This document shows positions 26,426 to 34,985 of a DNA stretch of 37,896 nucleotides, one piece after another. Made by a program: the position numbers and the translations under genes. The stretch covers positions 1-37,896 of IMG/VR virus record IMGVR_UViG_3300014199_000001. One strand, given 5' to 3'. This DNA is from a virus. Its lineage: Duplodnaviria; Caudoviricetes. How positions within the stretch are numbered: position 1 is the stretch's first letter; each line of letters starts with the position of its first letter. The notes below the pieces were generated by a model. That model had not been told where the DNA came from. It worked only from the letters and a program-made list of their open reading frames with translations, and ran no database searches.

Positions 26426-26987
26426 CCCATTCAACCTTCCTATAAACCTTCCCTGTTTCCCACCCAAGTAAATTTCCATGACTACAATCCATTGGCACCC
26501 TACAACTTTTTACATACGCCGCAACATATATATGGCTAAATCTCTGCGGCATCTCTGGGTCTGCTGCTATCGTTACATACGTACACTTAATATGCGCTGC
26601 ACACAACATACTCGCACATAGCAAACTAAAATCATCGCAGTCCCCTTCAGGATTCGGCATACTCAACATTAACCCTGGATCAATTAGTAACTCCTGATTC
26701 CAGTCCTGCTCCCCAAGCTCGTTATATACAATATCCTCATCTAACCTAAATCTGATCTTTCTCTTGACATACCAAAAGATAGCCCTAATCAACGCTAGCT
26801 TGTCTGATTTGTTTCGCAAGGTTCGTAGGCAGGAGTCAACTGCGGAGGTTATAAGAGGATACGTTGCCGCGCGCCGAGCTAGGGCTACCATCTGATTTAC
26901 CGTATCCGCTGTGGATATGGCATTGTCATTGGGATTAGTCCCACGGTCACTTATGCGGATTGGTACTCCCCAATATCCTAAGCTCAT
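26415..26987 (-). CDS. Transglutaminase-like cysteine protease
   Basis: AIFWYVKRKIRF..D, GDCDDFSLLCASML, FSHIY, VPMD: Cys-His-Asp triad. Confidence 0.85.
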   Translation of the reverse strand: MSLGYWGVPIRISDRGTNPNDNAISTADTVNQMVALARRAATYPLITSAVDSCLRTLRNKSDKLALIRAIFWYVKRKIRFRLDEDIVYNELGEQDWNQELLIDPGLMLSMPNPEGDCDDFSLLCASMLCAAHIKCTYVTIAADPEMPQRFSHIYVAAYVKSCRVPMDCSHGNLLGWETGKVYRKVEWDVN

Positions 26988-27161
26988 TAGACTAATCCCT
27001 TAGATTTATGGTGCTGGGTATCAGATGGCAATTGGGACGCGGGCAGTCTACCACATCGCACTTATATAATGATACCCGGCACACTCCCACGATATGCCAC
27101 TGATCGCGCTAAATTCCACTCGTTTGCAACATACTTGTATCTTAAGGCGAGAATTTTGGTC

Positions 27162-27190
27162 TTGACGGCTTGACGGCTAAGACGTATTCT
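27162..27190 (+). promoter_or_regulatory. Sigma70-type promoter overlapped by CTTGACGG direct repeats
   Basis: TTGACG-17bp-TATTCT; CTTGACGG at 27161, 27169 and 27194. Confidence 0.55.
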
Positions 27191-27338
27191 GAGCTTGACG
27201 GAACGCGCCAACGAAAGCGCGAATCCAGCAGTTATCTTTAGCTGGAGCGCTAATTGCAGCCGAGATTGATCGGCTTCAACGGTTTAAAAGAAAATTACTG
27301 CGCTTTTCAAAGAAATAACAAACGATAGGAGGAAACAT

Positions 27339-28883
27339 TTGATGCCAGAACTCAAGACACAAACTAAAGATAATAATGATATATTTAGCGGGATAGATAC
27401 AGTAGTATCAGCGCCATCAACGCCGCCACTAGTTAAGGCTAGTGCAATCAACGAGGAAGCCGAAAAGATACGCAAAGCTAGGGAGTTACCTAAGAAGCCT
27501 GGAGATAATGTAACTTTCAATGAGTTGTGCGATTGGCTAAAGATACTAACGCCGGAGATGTTTCCGAGGATTATGATCTATGTTTATAGGCTGGAACCTG
27601 TAATCAATAGACAGCTTTGTGATCCACAATCGGCTAATAACATAGATGTAATTTCGGATGGTTATCACGAGCTTAGTGAGGATTACTTTATTAGTAGGCA
27701 TGGGGGCGGGAAGTATAAGTTGGTTATTTCGGACCTGGATAATAATCGTACATACAAGGGGGGATTTTTTAATGCGACGTTGAATATTAGTATGTTAGAG
27801 AATCCACCTAAGTTGGATTTACGTGAGGTAGAATGGGAGAATCAGAAGAACAGAGGTTATCGCAGTTGGGCACGAGCACAGAAATTGGTTGATGAGAATA
27901 ATATGCCATTACCAGAGAAAGTTAATGCTACACCACAATCTAATGCAGATGCTATGGTGCAAGCGATGAAACTAGCAATGGATTTTGCTAATAAGATGGA
28001 TGATAAACAGCAGGCGCAGTTGAAGAAACAACTTGGAGGGGATGAGGCGCTAACTAAGTCAATTGGGGATATTTTGTTAGAGAAGATGAAACAAGATGAC
28101 CCAAATAAGATGGTTAGTACATTGGCGACGTTGTTAGGGGCTATGAAGTCTATGCAGCCTCCACCAGCAGCGAATAATGATACACTAGCTACAATCATAC
28201 CTATGTTTACTAGCATGATGCAAGCGATGCAAGAGAGTAGTAAGCAGACTTTTGCAATGTTGATGGAGATTATTAAATCGAATAAGAGTGAGAGTGGAGG
28301 GGATAGAGATGAGATTAGTAGGCTGAAGGATCTAGTTGAGGTAGCTAGAGAGTTGAAGGGGGGGAATAGTAATAGAGAGCGCTCTACTGCGGAAGTGTTG
28401 ACAGAGTTTGCAGCACCGATTATAGGACCATTGCTGAATGTGGTGGGGCAAGTTATGGCAATTAGGGCAGGCGGCGCAGGGGCACCAATGCCAGTGAAAG
28501 GACAAGTAGTAGAAATGCCAAAAGCTAATGAGACTCAACCGGGAGCGGTAGGGCAACCTCAACAGTTGCCGACTGCGAATCCTAACGAAGCTACACAGAT
28601 AATTAGGCAGTTTGCACCAATTATTTTGAATAAGTTGAGTGGTGAAGGTTGGGAGATGGGTGCATGGATAGCAGAAGGGTTTGGGGAGATGACGGCAGTT
28701 GCGGTAACGAGATATGGAGTTGAGGGATTACTCGCTGCGGCTAAGACAGTGCCGGAATTTTGGAATCAAATCATGACTACCTATGGTGAGGAGCATTTGA
28801 GAAAATGGCTTACTAGTTTTGTGAATTTTAAGGAAGAGATGGCTAAGATGGAAGCGGAGGAGGGGGATAGTGCCACAAGTTGA
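27339..28883 (+). CDS. Large hypothetical protein, helical and Met/Gln-rich
   Basis: 514 aa ORF; AGGAGG RBS before TTG; no recognisable catalytic motif. Confidence 0.75.
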   Translation: MMPELKTQTKDNNDIFSGIDTVVSAPSTPPLVKASAINEEAEKIRKARELPKKPGDNVTFNELCDWLKILTPEMFPRIMIYVYRLEPVINRQLCDPQSANNIDVISDGYHELSEDYFISRHGGGKYKLVISDLDNNRTYKGGFFNATLNISMLENPPKLDLREVEWENQKNRGYRSWARAQKLVDENNMPLPEKVNATPQSNADAMVQAMKLAMDFANKMDDKQQAQLKKQLGGDEALTKSIGDILLEKMKQDDPNKMVSTLATLLGAMKSMQPPPAANNDTLATIIPMFTSMMQAMQESSKQTFAMLMEIIKSNKSESGGDRDEISRLKDLVEVARELKGGNSNRERSTAEVLTEFAAPIIGPLLNVVGQVMAIRAGGAGAPMPVKGQVVEMPKANETQPGAVGQPQQLPTANPNEATQIIRQFAPIILNKLSGEGWEMGAWIAEGFGEMTAVAVTRYGVEGLLAAAKTVPEFWNQIMTTYGEEHLRKWLTSFVNFKEEMAKMEAEEGDSATS

Positions 28884-29124
28884 AAAGTATGCGCCACTAA
28901 CGCTGAATGAGTGGATAGATAAAAAAGGTGTGCCGTTTAAGGATTTGGATGTTATAGGAGAGACAAATACATATAAGGAGTATGAGGCATACATATTTCA
29001 GCATATCGCTATGAATTTGACTCGCATTGCGGTTACTCATGCACTAGTGTTGGAGAAGTTGGAGATGATAGCAACTATCATGGATGAAGCTACTACTAGC
29101 GAGGATGATAGTGGAAGTGGTTAG
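28870..29124 (+). CDS. Hypothetical protein
   Basis: ORF track; overlaps the previous stop. Confidence 0.6.
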   Translation: MPQVEKYAPLTLNEWIDKKGVPFKDLDVIGETNTYKEYEAYIFQHIAMNLTRIAVTHALVLEKLEMIATIMDEATTSEDDSGSG

Positions 29125-29298
29125 ATTATTCAATGATGTGATTAAATATGCACGATTTTTTCGCTATAGCAAGTTGTTGAAAACAAAGGAACAGGATAAA
29201 CCTAGTCCAGTTTATATTTATGCAAGGTGAAAATTCCTTAATGAAAAAATCTTATGGTCGAGAGTGGCGAACCAAAGGCGAAAGGACAATAGTTAACA

Positions 29299-29616
29299 AT
29301 GCACATATATTGTAGTCAATGCAATTGCAAGTTTGCGTCAGTGATTATAGATCAGAATTTGGCATTGCAAGAGATAACTAATGCACTAGTTAGACATGGA
29401 AGGGAGAAACATAGGGAGTTTTGCGATAAGCTGAATCAGGCGATAGTGAAAGTTAGTTTCGCGGCGGGAGGTTTCTTGACGTTAATGGAGTTAGCAGTGG
29501 TACCAAAGGAGGAGGAGTTTATTGTTAAGAGTATAGCGAGTTGTCAGGACATTATGATGGCGGCGATGGGGTTTGATAAGGTGGAGGAAGATAAGGATGG
29601 GAGCGTAGTTAGTTGA
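29299..29616 (+). CDS. Hypothetical C2H2-like Zn-binding protein
   Basis: CSQC...HGREKH. Confidence 0.6.
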   Translation: MHIYCSQCNCKFASVIIDQNLALQEITNALVRHGREKHREFCDKLNQAIVKVSFAAGGFLTLMELAVVPKEEEFIVKSIASCQDIMMAAMGFDKVEEDKDGSVVS

Positions 29617-29691
29617 GTGCGGAGGGACCTTCAAAAAACGGGAAATGTATATTCATCGCGTAAGTCCTTTGTTTGCGACTTTTATACATTA

Positions 29692-29806
29692 CCAGAGTGC
29701 CACTACCAGAGTGAATCTATAACCTTTTACGTATGGGGTGTATAAAAACGCACACTATATACCTATATAAAAAGGTTGCGGAATCCTTCTGGTAGTGGCA
29801 CTCTGG
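29692..29806. repeat. 115-bp palindrome with perfect 19-bp arms; candidate replication origin
   Basis: CCAGAGTGCCACTACCAGA / TCTGGTAGTGGCACTCTGG; inner AACCTTTT/AAAAGGTT; AT-rich centre; lies just 3' of the helicase gene. Confidence 0.75.
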
Positions 29807-29876
29807 CAGTCGGGGGCGCGCCGGGCCGAACGTATCGGGTGGAGCGGATGCCGTCAATTCGGCCCCGGCTGGCAGA

Positions 29877-31265
29877 CTAGCGCTGGTATCGGGTAGCCCG
29901 GACACCACCAATCATGCCTCTACATGATTTCCACCCAAGGGATTTTAGACACTTCCCCACACGGATCTTATCTCCATTAGTCCATGTATCTTTAGGCTTA
30001 CCTAGACAATCCCTTAATACTTCCTCTATTGATACCTCATTTCTATTTTTCAATGCGGCACCAATAGTTTCTTCCCAAGCATCATTTACAAATCTTTGTG
30101 CTTGCTGTTCTTCTGCTAGTTTAATTTCATATCTCGATACTAAATACCACTTCTCCCCAGTGCGAAACCTCTCTACAGCTTCTGCCCATAACTGATCTCT
30201 ATCTTGTCTCAGTGAATCTATATCTATAACTCCGCACTTAACCGGCCAGAATCTCCTGGCCCCTGTTTCATCCTTCAAATATGCGTCATCATTAGTCGAA
30301 CCTGCGAATATACATTGTCTAGGAAACTCTTCAGACCTCCGATTATATGGCATCCTGATTCTATCCACTTGCTGAGATAAGAATGCCTTTACCTTAGACG
30401 ATTCCGCTCTATTAAGTGAGTCTAGTTCCGCTAGTTCAACGATCCAAACTCCATGTAATTGAATATATGAATCCTTAGATCCCACTTCCGGTAGTTGATC
30501 TGTAAACCATGGATCGCCCAACGCCCGTAACGCTGTAGACTTCTTAATCCCTTGAGGACCTTCTAAGATTAGAGAACAATCCGCCTTACATCCAGGTCTA
30601 AATATCCTAGCTACCCCCGATATCATCCACTTAGGCCCAACAGCTTCCGCGTAATTACTATGCTCAACTCCTAAATATGTTGTTAGCCAAGTATCTAATC
30701 TTGGTACCCTATCCCACTCTATCCCAAGTAAATACTCTTGTACAGGGTTATATGGCTGTTCTTTGGCAACTGTCTCTATAGCCAAAGCTGTTTCTGTCTT
30801 ATGTAAGTATATATTATGTTGGTGTAGCCACTCAGTAGCCTTTATATCATCGTCATCATCCCAAACATGACTATCTCTGCCCCAAGGTGTAATAGTTCTA
30901 GCAGTAGTACGCAATGAAAACTCATCCCACCATAACACATCCTCCCAATCTTTACCGTGTCTAAAAGCCGTAATACCGTTGGCAATAATTGCTAAATTTC
31001 CATGTTCCTCATTCTTTATTAATAACTTATCCCAATTTTCATCCCTAACTAGCTTAGGCCGCCTAGAACTTACCAAATTTATTCCTACATCCTCCACGAT
31101 TGCATCTGCACTATCATCATAGTCATCTGGTAGTAATATATTATGCTCGCGTTCTAGTTCCTCATAAAACTGCTCAACCTCCGCCAAGTCTGGTGGAGTC
31201 TCTTCATATATTCTATTAAGTTCCTCTATATCTTCATATCTATCATCGCTGCTATTATTTGACAT
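29877..31265 (-). CDS. VirE/VapE-family P-loop helicase without a primase domain
   Basis: WDRVPRL, PGCKAD, LEGPQGIKKST (Walker A), IVELAEL (Walker B), FAGSTN, DETGARRFWPV. Confidence 0.92.
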   Translation of the reverse strand: MSNNSSDDRYEDIEELNRIYEETPPDLAEVEQFYEELEREHNILLPDDYDDSADAIVEDVGINLVSSRRPKLVRDENWDKLLIKNEEHGNLAIIANGITAFRHGKDWEDVLWWDEFSLRTTARTITPWGRDSHVWDDDDDIKATEWLHQHNIYLHKTETALAIETVAKEQPYNPVQEYLLGIEWDRVPRLDTWLTTYLGVEHSNYAEAVGPKWMISGVARIFRPGCKADCSLILEGPQGIKKSTALRALGDPWFTDQLPEVGSKDSYIQLHGVWIVELAELDSLNRAESSKVKAFLSQQVDRIRMPYNRRSEEFPRQCIFAGSTNDDAYLKDETGARRFWPVKCGVIDIDSLRQDRDQLWAEAVERFRTGEKWYLVSRYEIKLAEEQQAQRFVNDAWEETIGAALKNRNEVSIEEVLRDCLGKPKDTWTNGDKIRVGKCLKSLGWKSCRGMIGGVRATRYQR

Positions 31266-31437
31266 ATTTAACTAGTTACCTCTCTTTCCGACACTTCCCA
31301 TACCCTACAGCTTCCACTCCCTCTATATCCTTTAGGGGAAGGGGGAAGAATTGCTCTCCCCCCAACTTGGAACGAAAGGTATAGAGAACGTTCGGTGGAT
31401 CAGACCAAACGTGTCGATGGATCAGATCGACACCCCC

Positions 31438-31466
31438 ACCTTATTACACCCCTACTGCTAAGTCAA
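31438..31466 (-). promoter_or_regulatory. Putative promoter for the helicase gene
   Basis: TTGACT-17bp-TAAGGT on the - strand. Confidence 0.45.
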
Positions 31467-31568
31467 CTAGCTTCAACTCTTTAGGATTTGCCCACCACGT
31501 ACTATGACATCCTTATATACTCCACTGGCCCGGCCCCCGGGTGACTTAAAAAAATTTCATAAAATTTA

Positions 31569-31597
31569 TTGACTTTTCCGACGGCTCGCCACATACT
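31569..31597 (+). promoter_or_regulatory. Promoter for the early/replication operon, with upstream A-tract
   Basis: TTGACT-17bp-CATACT; A/T tracts at 31547-31568. Confidence 0.65.
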
Positions 31598-31659
31598 ATC
31601 CTTAGATCATCCGATCAATGATCTAACCCAAACAATCTAAAGTAGTTAGTGAGGTAACT

Positions 31660-31926
31660 ATGCCACTCATAAACGTGAGTCAGTTAGCGCTGGAACCAGA
31701 AGTGCTAAGTGAAACCGCAAGACGTGAGATACATAAGATAGATTTGCTATGTGAGGAGATGTGTATATCGTGGAGAGAGGCAGATAAGATTGCTAAGGAA
31801 TTGGTGGGAACGGAGAAGGTTAGGGAATTGGGGGCACAAGAGGCGAGAAAGATGGTGGAATATTTGAAAAGGAATAGGAGTAGGTTATCTGAGAAACATA
31901 GGAGGATGAGATGGCAGAAGCAATAG
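31660..31926 (+). CDS. Hypothetical helical protein
   Basis: ORF with GAGG RBS. Confidence 0.65.
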   Translation: MPLINVSQLALEPEVLSETARREIHKIDLLCEEMCISWREADKIAKELVGTEKVRELGAQEARKMVEYLKRNRSRLSEKHRRMRWQKQ

Positions 31927-32059
31927 TACAACTTATTGGTGTGGTGATGGTGATGACTATGACGCTATTACATTTTAATATTTGGCAAGCTGGATTGTTT
32001 GTGTTTGCAATTTGTTTGATTCAAGCTAGAGAGGGGGACGACAGCGTGTGGAAGAAAAG

Positions 32060-32230
32060 ATGAATATTAGTGTGCAGATGAATGAGGAACTTATGATGAA
32101 GTTAGCGGAGATACGTAAGGAGTATAGAGGGGCGACGGTTAGCCAAGCTATTAGGTGGCTGGTGGAGGATAAATGGACGGAGATGCAAGCAGAAAAAAGA
32201 AACGAAGGAACAAGGGGCACTGGAGGATAA
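32060..32230 (+). CDS. CopG-like ribbon-helix-helix regulator
   Basis: MNISVQMNEELMMKLAEIRKEY..TVSQAIRWLV. Confidence 0.65.
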   Translation: MNISVQMNEELMMKLAEIRKEYRGATVSQAIRWLVEDKWTEMQAEKRNEGTRGTGG

Positions 32231-32236
32231 TCCGTA

Positions 32237-32503
32237 ATGGACGGAGACATAAGCAGAGAAACAAACGAAGTAAAAAACGAAGGAACATATAGTAAAGGGG
32301 CACCTTACTTGAATTTGGTAAAACATCCTTTCCATGTGATAACAAGGGGTGGGGCAATGGTGGGAGCATTTGCTAGTATGAAGACAGCAGTGTCGAGTGT
32401 GGTACTGAATGCGAGAGTAAATTGCAAGATTGTGGATATGATAGAGAATAAGACTTACAACTATATGGATGTTTTGAGGATAAGGGGGAGATATGGGATA
32501 TAA
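32237..32503 (+). CDS. Hypothetical protein
   Basis: ORF with GGAGG RBS. Confidence 0.6.
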   Translation: MDGDISRETNEVKNEGTYSKGAPYLNLVKHPFHVITRGGAMVGAFASMKTAVSSVVLNARVNCKIVDMIENKTYNYMDVLRIRGRYGI

Positions 32504-32771
32504 AGGGGAAAGTGATTGGCCTACACCGTGGGCGATAACGTGTGAGGGAAACGAGTTAGGAGCAAAACCATGCAATGAGGGGAATTTGATATTTCTGACT
32601 GCTGGCGAGTATTATGAGCAGTTGCATGATCCTTTGCGTAGGGGATGGGAGTGCCCTAGATGCGCGCAGCCAGCAACATTTTCACAAGAGAATTGTGACA
32701 AATTTATGGGAGAATTGATGGATCAATTGGAGAGGATTAAGCCAGAAGTGGAAAAGGGGGTTATGGAATGA
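32493..32771 (+). CDS. Hypothetical Zn-ribbon-like protein
   Basis: C...C ... WECPRC. Confidence 0.6.
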   Translation: MGYKGESDWPTPWAITCEGNELGAKPCNEGNLIFLTAGEYYEQLHDPLRRGWECPRCAQPATFSQENCDKFMGELMDQLERIKPEVEKGVME

Positions 32772-33139
32772 AAGTTTATTTAGCGCATAACTTCGCAGCT
32801 AGAGAGTGGTTGAGAGATGTAGTAAAACCAATGTTTGAGCAAATGGGGCATGTAGTTACTAGTAGTTGGGTTTAGGATGACGCACACCTAAGTAGCTTGA
32901 ATGCTGAACAGTCAGCGGTTAGGGATTTGGCAGATATAGAGGATGCTAGCTATCTAGTATTGTTTACAGATCAGTTTGGAGAAAGGGTGGGGACAGGTAA
33001 GTGGGTAGAAATAGGATATGCGCTTAGGGCGGGGAAAATAGTGATTTGTATTGGGGGGAAGAGTAGTTGCATATTTACTGAGTTGCTTAATGTGGTTAGG
33101 GTGGATAGTATAGGAAGGGCTTTGAGACTTTTGAGTTAG
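32768..33139 (+). pseudogene. Nucleoside 2-deoxyribosyltransferase-like gene with in-frame TAG at codon 36
   Basis: MKVYLAHNF...GHVVTSSWV*DD...RDLADIEDAS...GKWVEIGYALRAGK; TAG at 32873-32875. Confidence 0.7.
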
Positions 33140-33147
33140 GAGAGAGT

Positions 33148-34482
33148 ATGTTCACTAGTCGTAGTGCAGTTGAATCATATCAGGATTGCCCAAGATATCG
33201 CTATAACCAATATCATTTGTTGGGTAAGGGGGTTGTACCGAAAGCTAATTCTATTCCATTAGTAACAGGTGGGGCCGTACATAGAGGGGTTGAACATTTG
33301 ATGAATAGAGTTAGGATTGGGCAGGAACCTAATATTGAGGTTGCAGTGCAATTGGCGACGGGGCAATATACAGAGGATTGTGATAGGGCAGGATTCAAGT
33401 ATCGGGGTAAGGGCACTTTGACGGATGCGCAGAACGAATATACGTATCTAGAACAGTTGGCATTAGTTGAGGGATTAGTTAGAGCGTGGTATTTAAGGGA
33501 GTTGCCTTGGATTGTGAAGGGGTATAAGGTTGTTGCAGTTGAGCGAGAGATTGAGCATATTGAGATAGCGCCTGGGGTGATATTTCAGGCTAGAATTGAT
33601 GCGGAGTTACAACAACTTGAGACCAATGATTATTACAATTACTCGCTAAAGACGGCTAGGCAGTGGAATGAAAAGTCTGAGAGTAGTTATGGGCACGATT
33701 TACAGGGGATAACGGAGATATGGGCAGTTGAAGTGGATGCAATGCGGAGAGAGAATGAGAGAGGCAGTGCGTTAGAGAGTGTTAAAGGGTTGTTAGTCGA
33801 TGAGCAATTTGGGAATAAGAACCTAGCCGCGATCCAAGGATATCTTGAGAAACAAAGTTATGCTCGTAAGGTGATGGGGGTTAAATTCTGCATACTAATC
33901 AAGGGGGTAAGAAAGGAAAGCGATTATGGTAGCGGGGCAGATGGGGAAAGGTTGTATGTGACGTACTCGCCATTGATTAGGGGGTATAAACATTTTACGC
34001 CGGATAGGGTAGAGTATGCACATAGCTGGCGATATCCTAATGCGGAGAATAAGAGTGGATTTAGTATATTGGGTAAGGGGTGGGAACCATTTAATGTGTG
34101 GGAGATGGAGGGGGGAGTTAAGAGATGGATAGGAATGTTGAATAGAGGGGAAGTGCAACCGGATTGCGGGGATATTTTAAAGGCCCAGGTAGTAACGCCG
34201 GTGGAGATGTTTAGGAATGAGATAGAGATAAAAGAGGCGATAGAAGAAATTAAGTGTCAAGAGGGTAGAATACATTGGGCCTTAACCAATTTGCTTGAAT
34301 ATCCTAATTATATGGCGATGCATTTTCCCCACAATCGTAAACATTGTGACTGGCATTTTGGGGAGACTTGCGAGTATAAGGCGTTATGTTGGGATGAACA
34401 GGTTAGGAAAGATCCGATTGAAAGTGGGTTGTATCAGATTAGAGAGCCGCATCATAAGGCAGAGAGGTTAGCAAATGAGTAA
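33148..34482 (+). CDS. PD-(D/E)xK Cas4/RecB-like exonuclease
   Basis: SRSAVESYQDCPR, GGAVH, VEREI, ARID, SLKT, C-terminal C..C..C cluster. Confidence 0.8.
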   Translation: MFTSRSAVESYQDCPRYRYNQYHLLGKGVVPKANSIPLVTGGAVHRGVEHLMNRVRIGQEPNIEVAVQLATGQYTEDCDRAGFKYRGKGTLTDAQNEYTYLEQLALVEGLVRAWYLRELPWIVKGYKVVAVEREIEHIEIAPGVIFQARIDAELQQLETNDYYNYSLKTARQWNEKSESSYGHDLQGITEIWAVEVDAMRRENERGSALESVKGLLVDEQFGNKNLAAIQGYLEKQSYARKVMGVKFCILIKGVRKESDYGSGADGERLYVTYSPLIRGYKHFTPDRVEYAHSWRYPNAENKSGFSILGKGWEPFNVWEMEGGVKRWIGMLNRGEVQPDCGDILKAQVVTPVEMFRNEIEIKEAIEEIKCQEGRIHWALTNLLEYPNYMAMHFPHNRKHCDWHFGETCEYKALCWDEQVRKDPIESGLYQIREPHHKAERLANE

Positions 34483-34645
34483 ATTGAGGGGAGCGAGACT
34501 TGATTTGACATATACATTGCTAGATTACTTGATGTCTATATTCAGCACTACTTTGACATTGAGTGAAACGGTAACAAGCTGGAAAAATAATACATTTGAG
34601 TTCCCAGGGAGAATTGAGATAATTGAGGTTAGGTTGGTACCATGA
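34475..34645 (+). CDS. Small hypothetical protein (56 aa)
   Basis: Manual translation MSKLRGARLD...VRLVP; coupled at both ends. Confidence 0.5.
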   Translation: MSKLRGARLDLTYTLLDYLMSIFSTTLTLSETVTSWKNNTFEFPGRIEIIEVRLVP

Positions 34646-34842
34646 TAGATTATTCTAGGAATCCAACTGGGGATGTGGTATTTGATTTAGCGTCTACATC
34701 TAGTGTAGCGCAGATTAGGATATCGCTGAGTGGGTTTATTAAGATAGCTCAGGAGAGTCAGACTGAAGCAGAGTTTAGAGCGGAGTTGTTGAATAATGGA
34801 GATATAGAACGTAAAGCTAGAAAGGCAAAGATAGGAGAATGA
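34642..34842 (+). CDS. Hypothetical protein
   Basis: ORF track; ATGA overlaps. Confidence 0.55.
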   Translation: MIDYSRNPTGDVVFDLASTSSVAQIRISLSGFIKIAQESQTEAEFRAELLNNGDIERKARKAKIGE

Positions 34843-34982
34843 AAATGGACGAATTTATTGAGAATGCGATTGAAGCGGGATTCACGAAGACTCAAGCTAA
34901 GTTTTTGGCTGAGTATTTGTGTGATGATGAGATTATTTTTCCTGAAGATGAAGAAGAGGAAGAAGAGGAGCAGGAGGAGTAA
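34839..34982 (+). CDS. Small highly acidic protein (47 aa)
   Basis: MKMDEFIENAIEAGF...PEDEEEEEEEQEE. Confidence 0.55.
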   Translation: MKMDEFIENAIEAGFTKTQAKFLAEYLCDDEIIFPEDEEEEEEEQEE

Positions 34983-34985
34983 CCC

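Noticed and set aside
31680-32575. Minus-strand ORFs 31680..31931, 32026..32250, 32102..32575, 32151..32369
   Set aside because: Shadows of the coupled + strand early operon
32873-32875. Genome-wide TAG recoding
   Set aside because: Many genes end at TAG right where the next gene starts (e.g. 3315, 28883, 33139), long ORFs are intact in the standard code, and no suppressor tRNA is seen
33148-34482. CRISPR-Cas system (Cas4)
   Set aside because: No repeat-spacer array or other cas genes; the exonuclease-ATPase-SSB context indicates phage recombination
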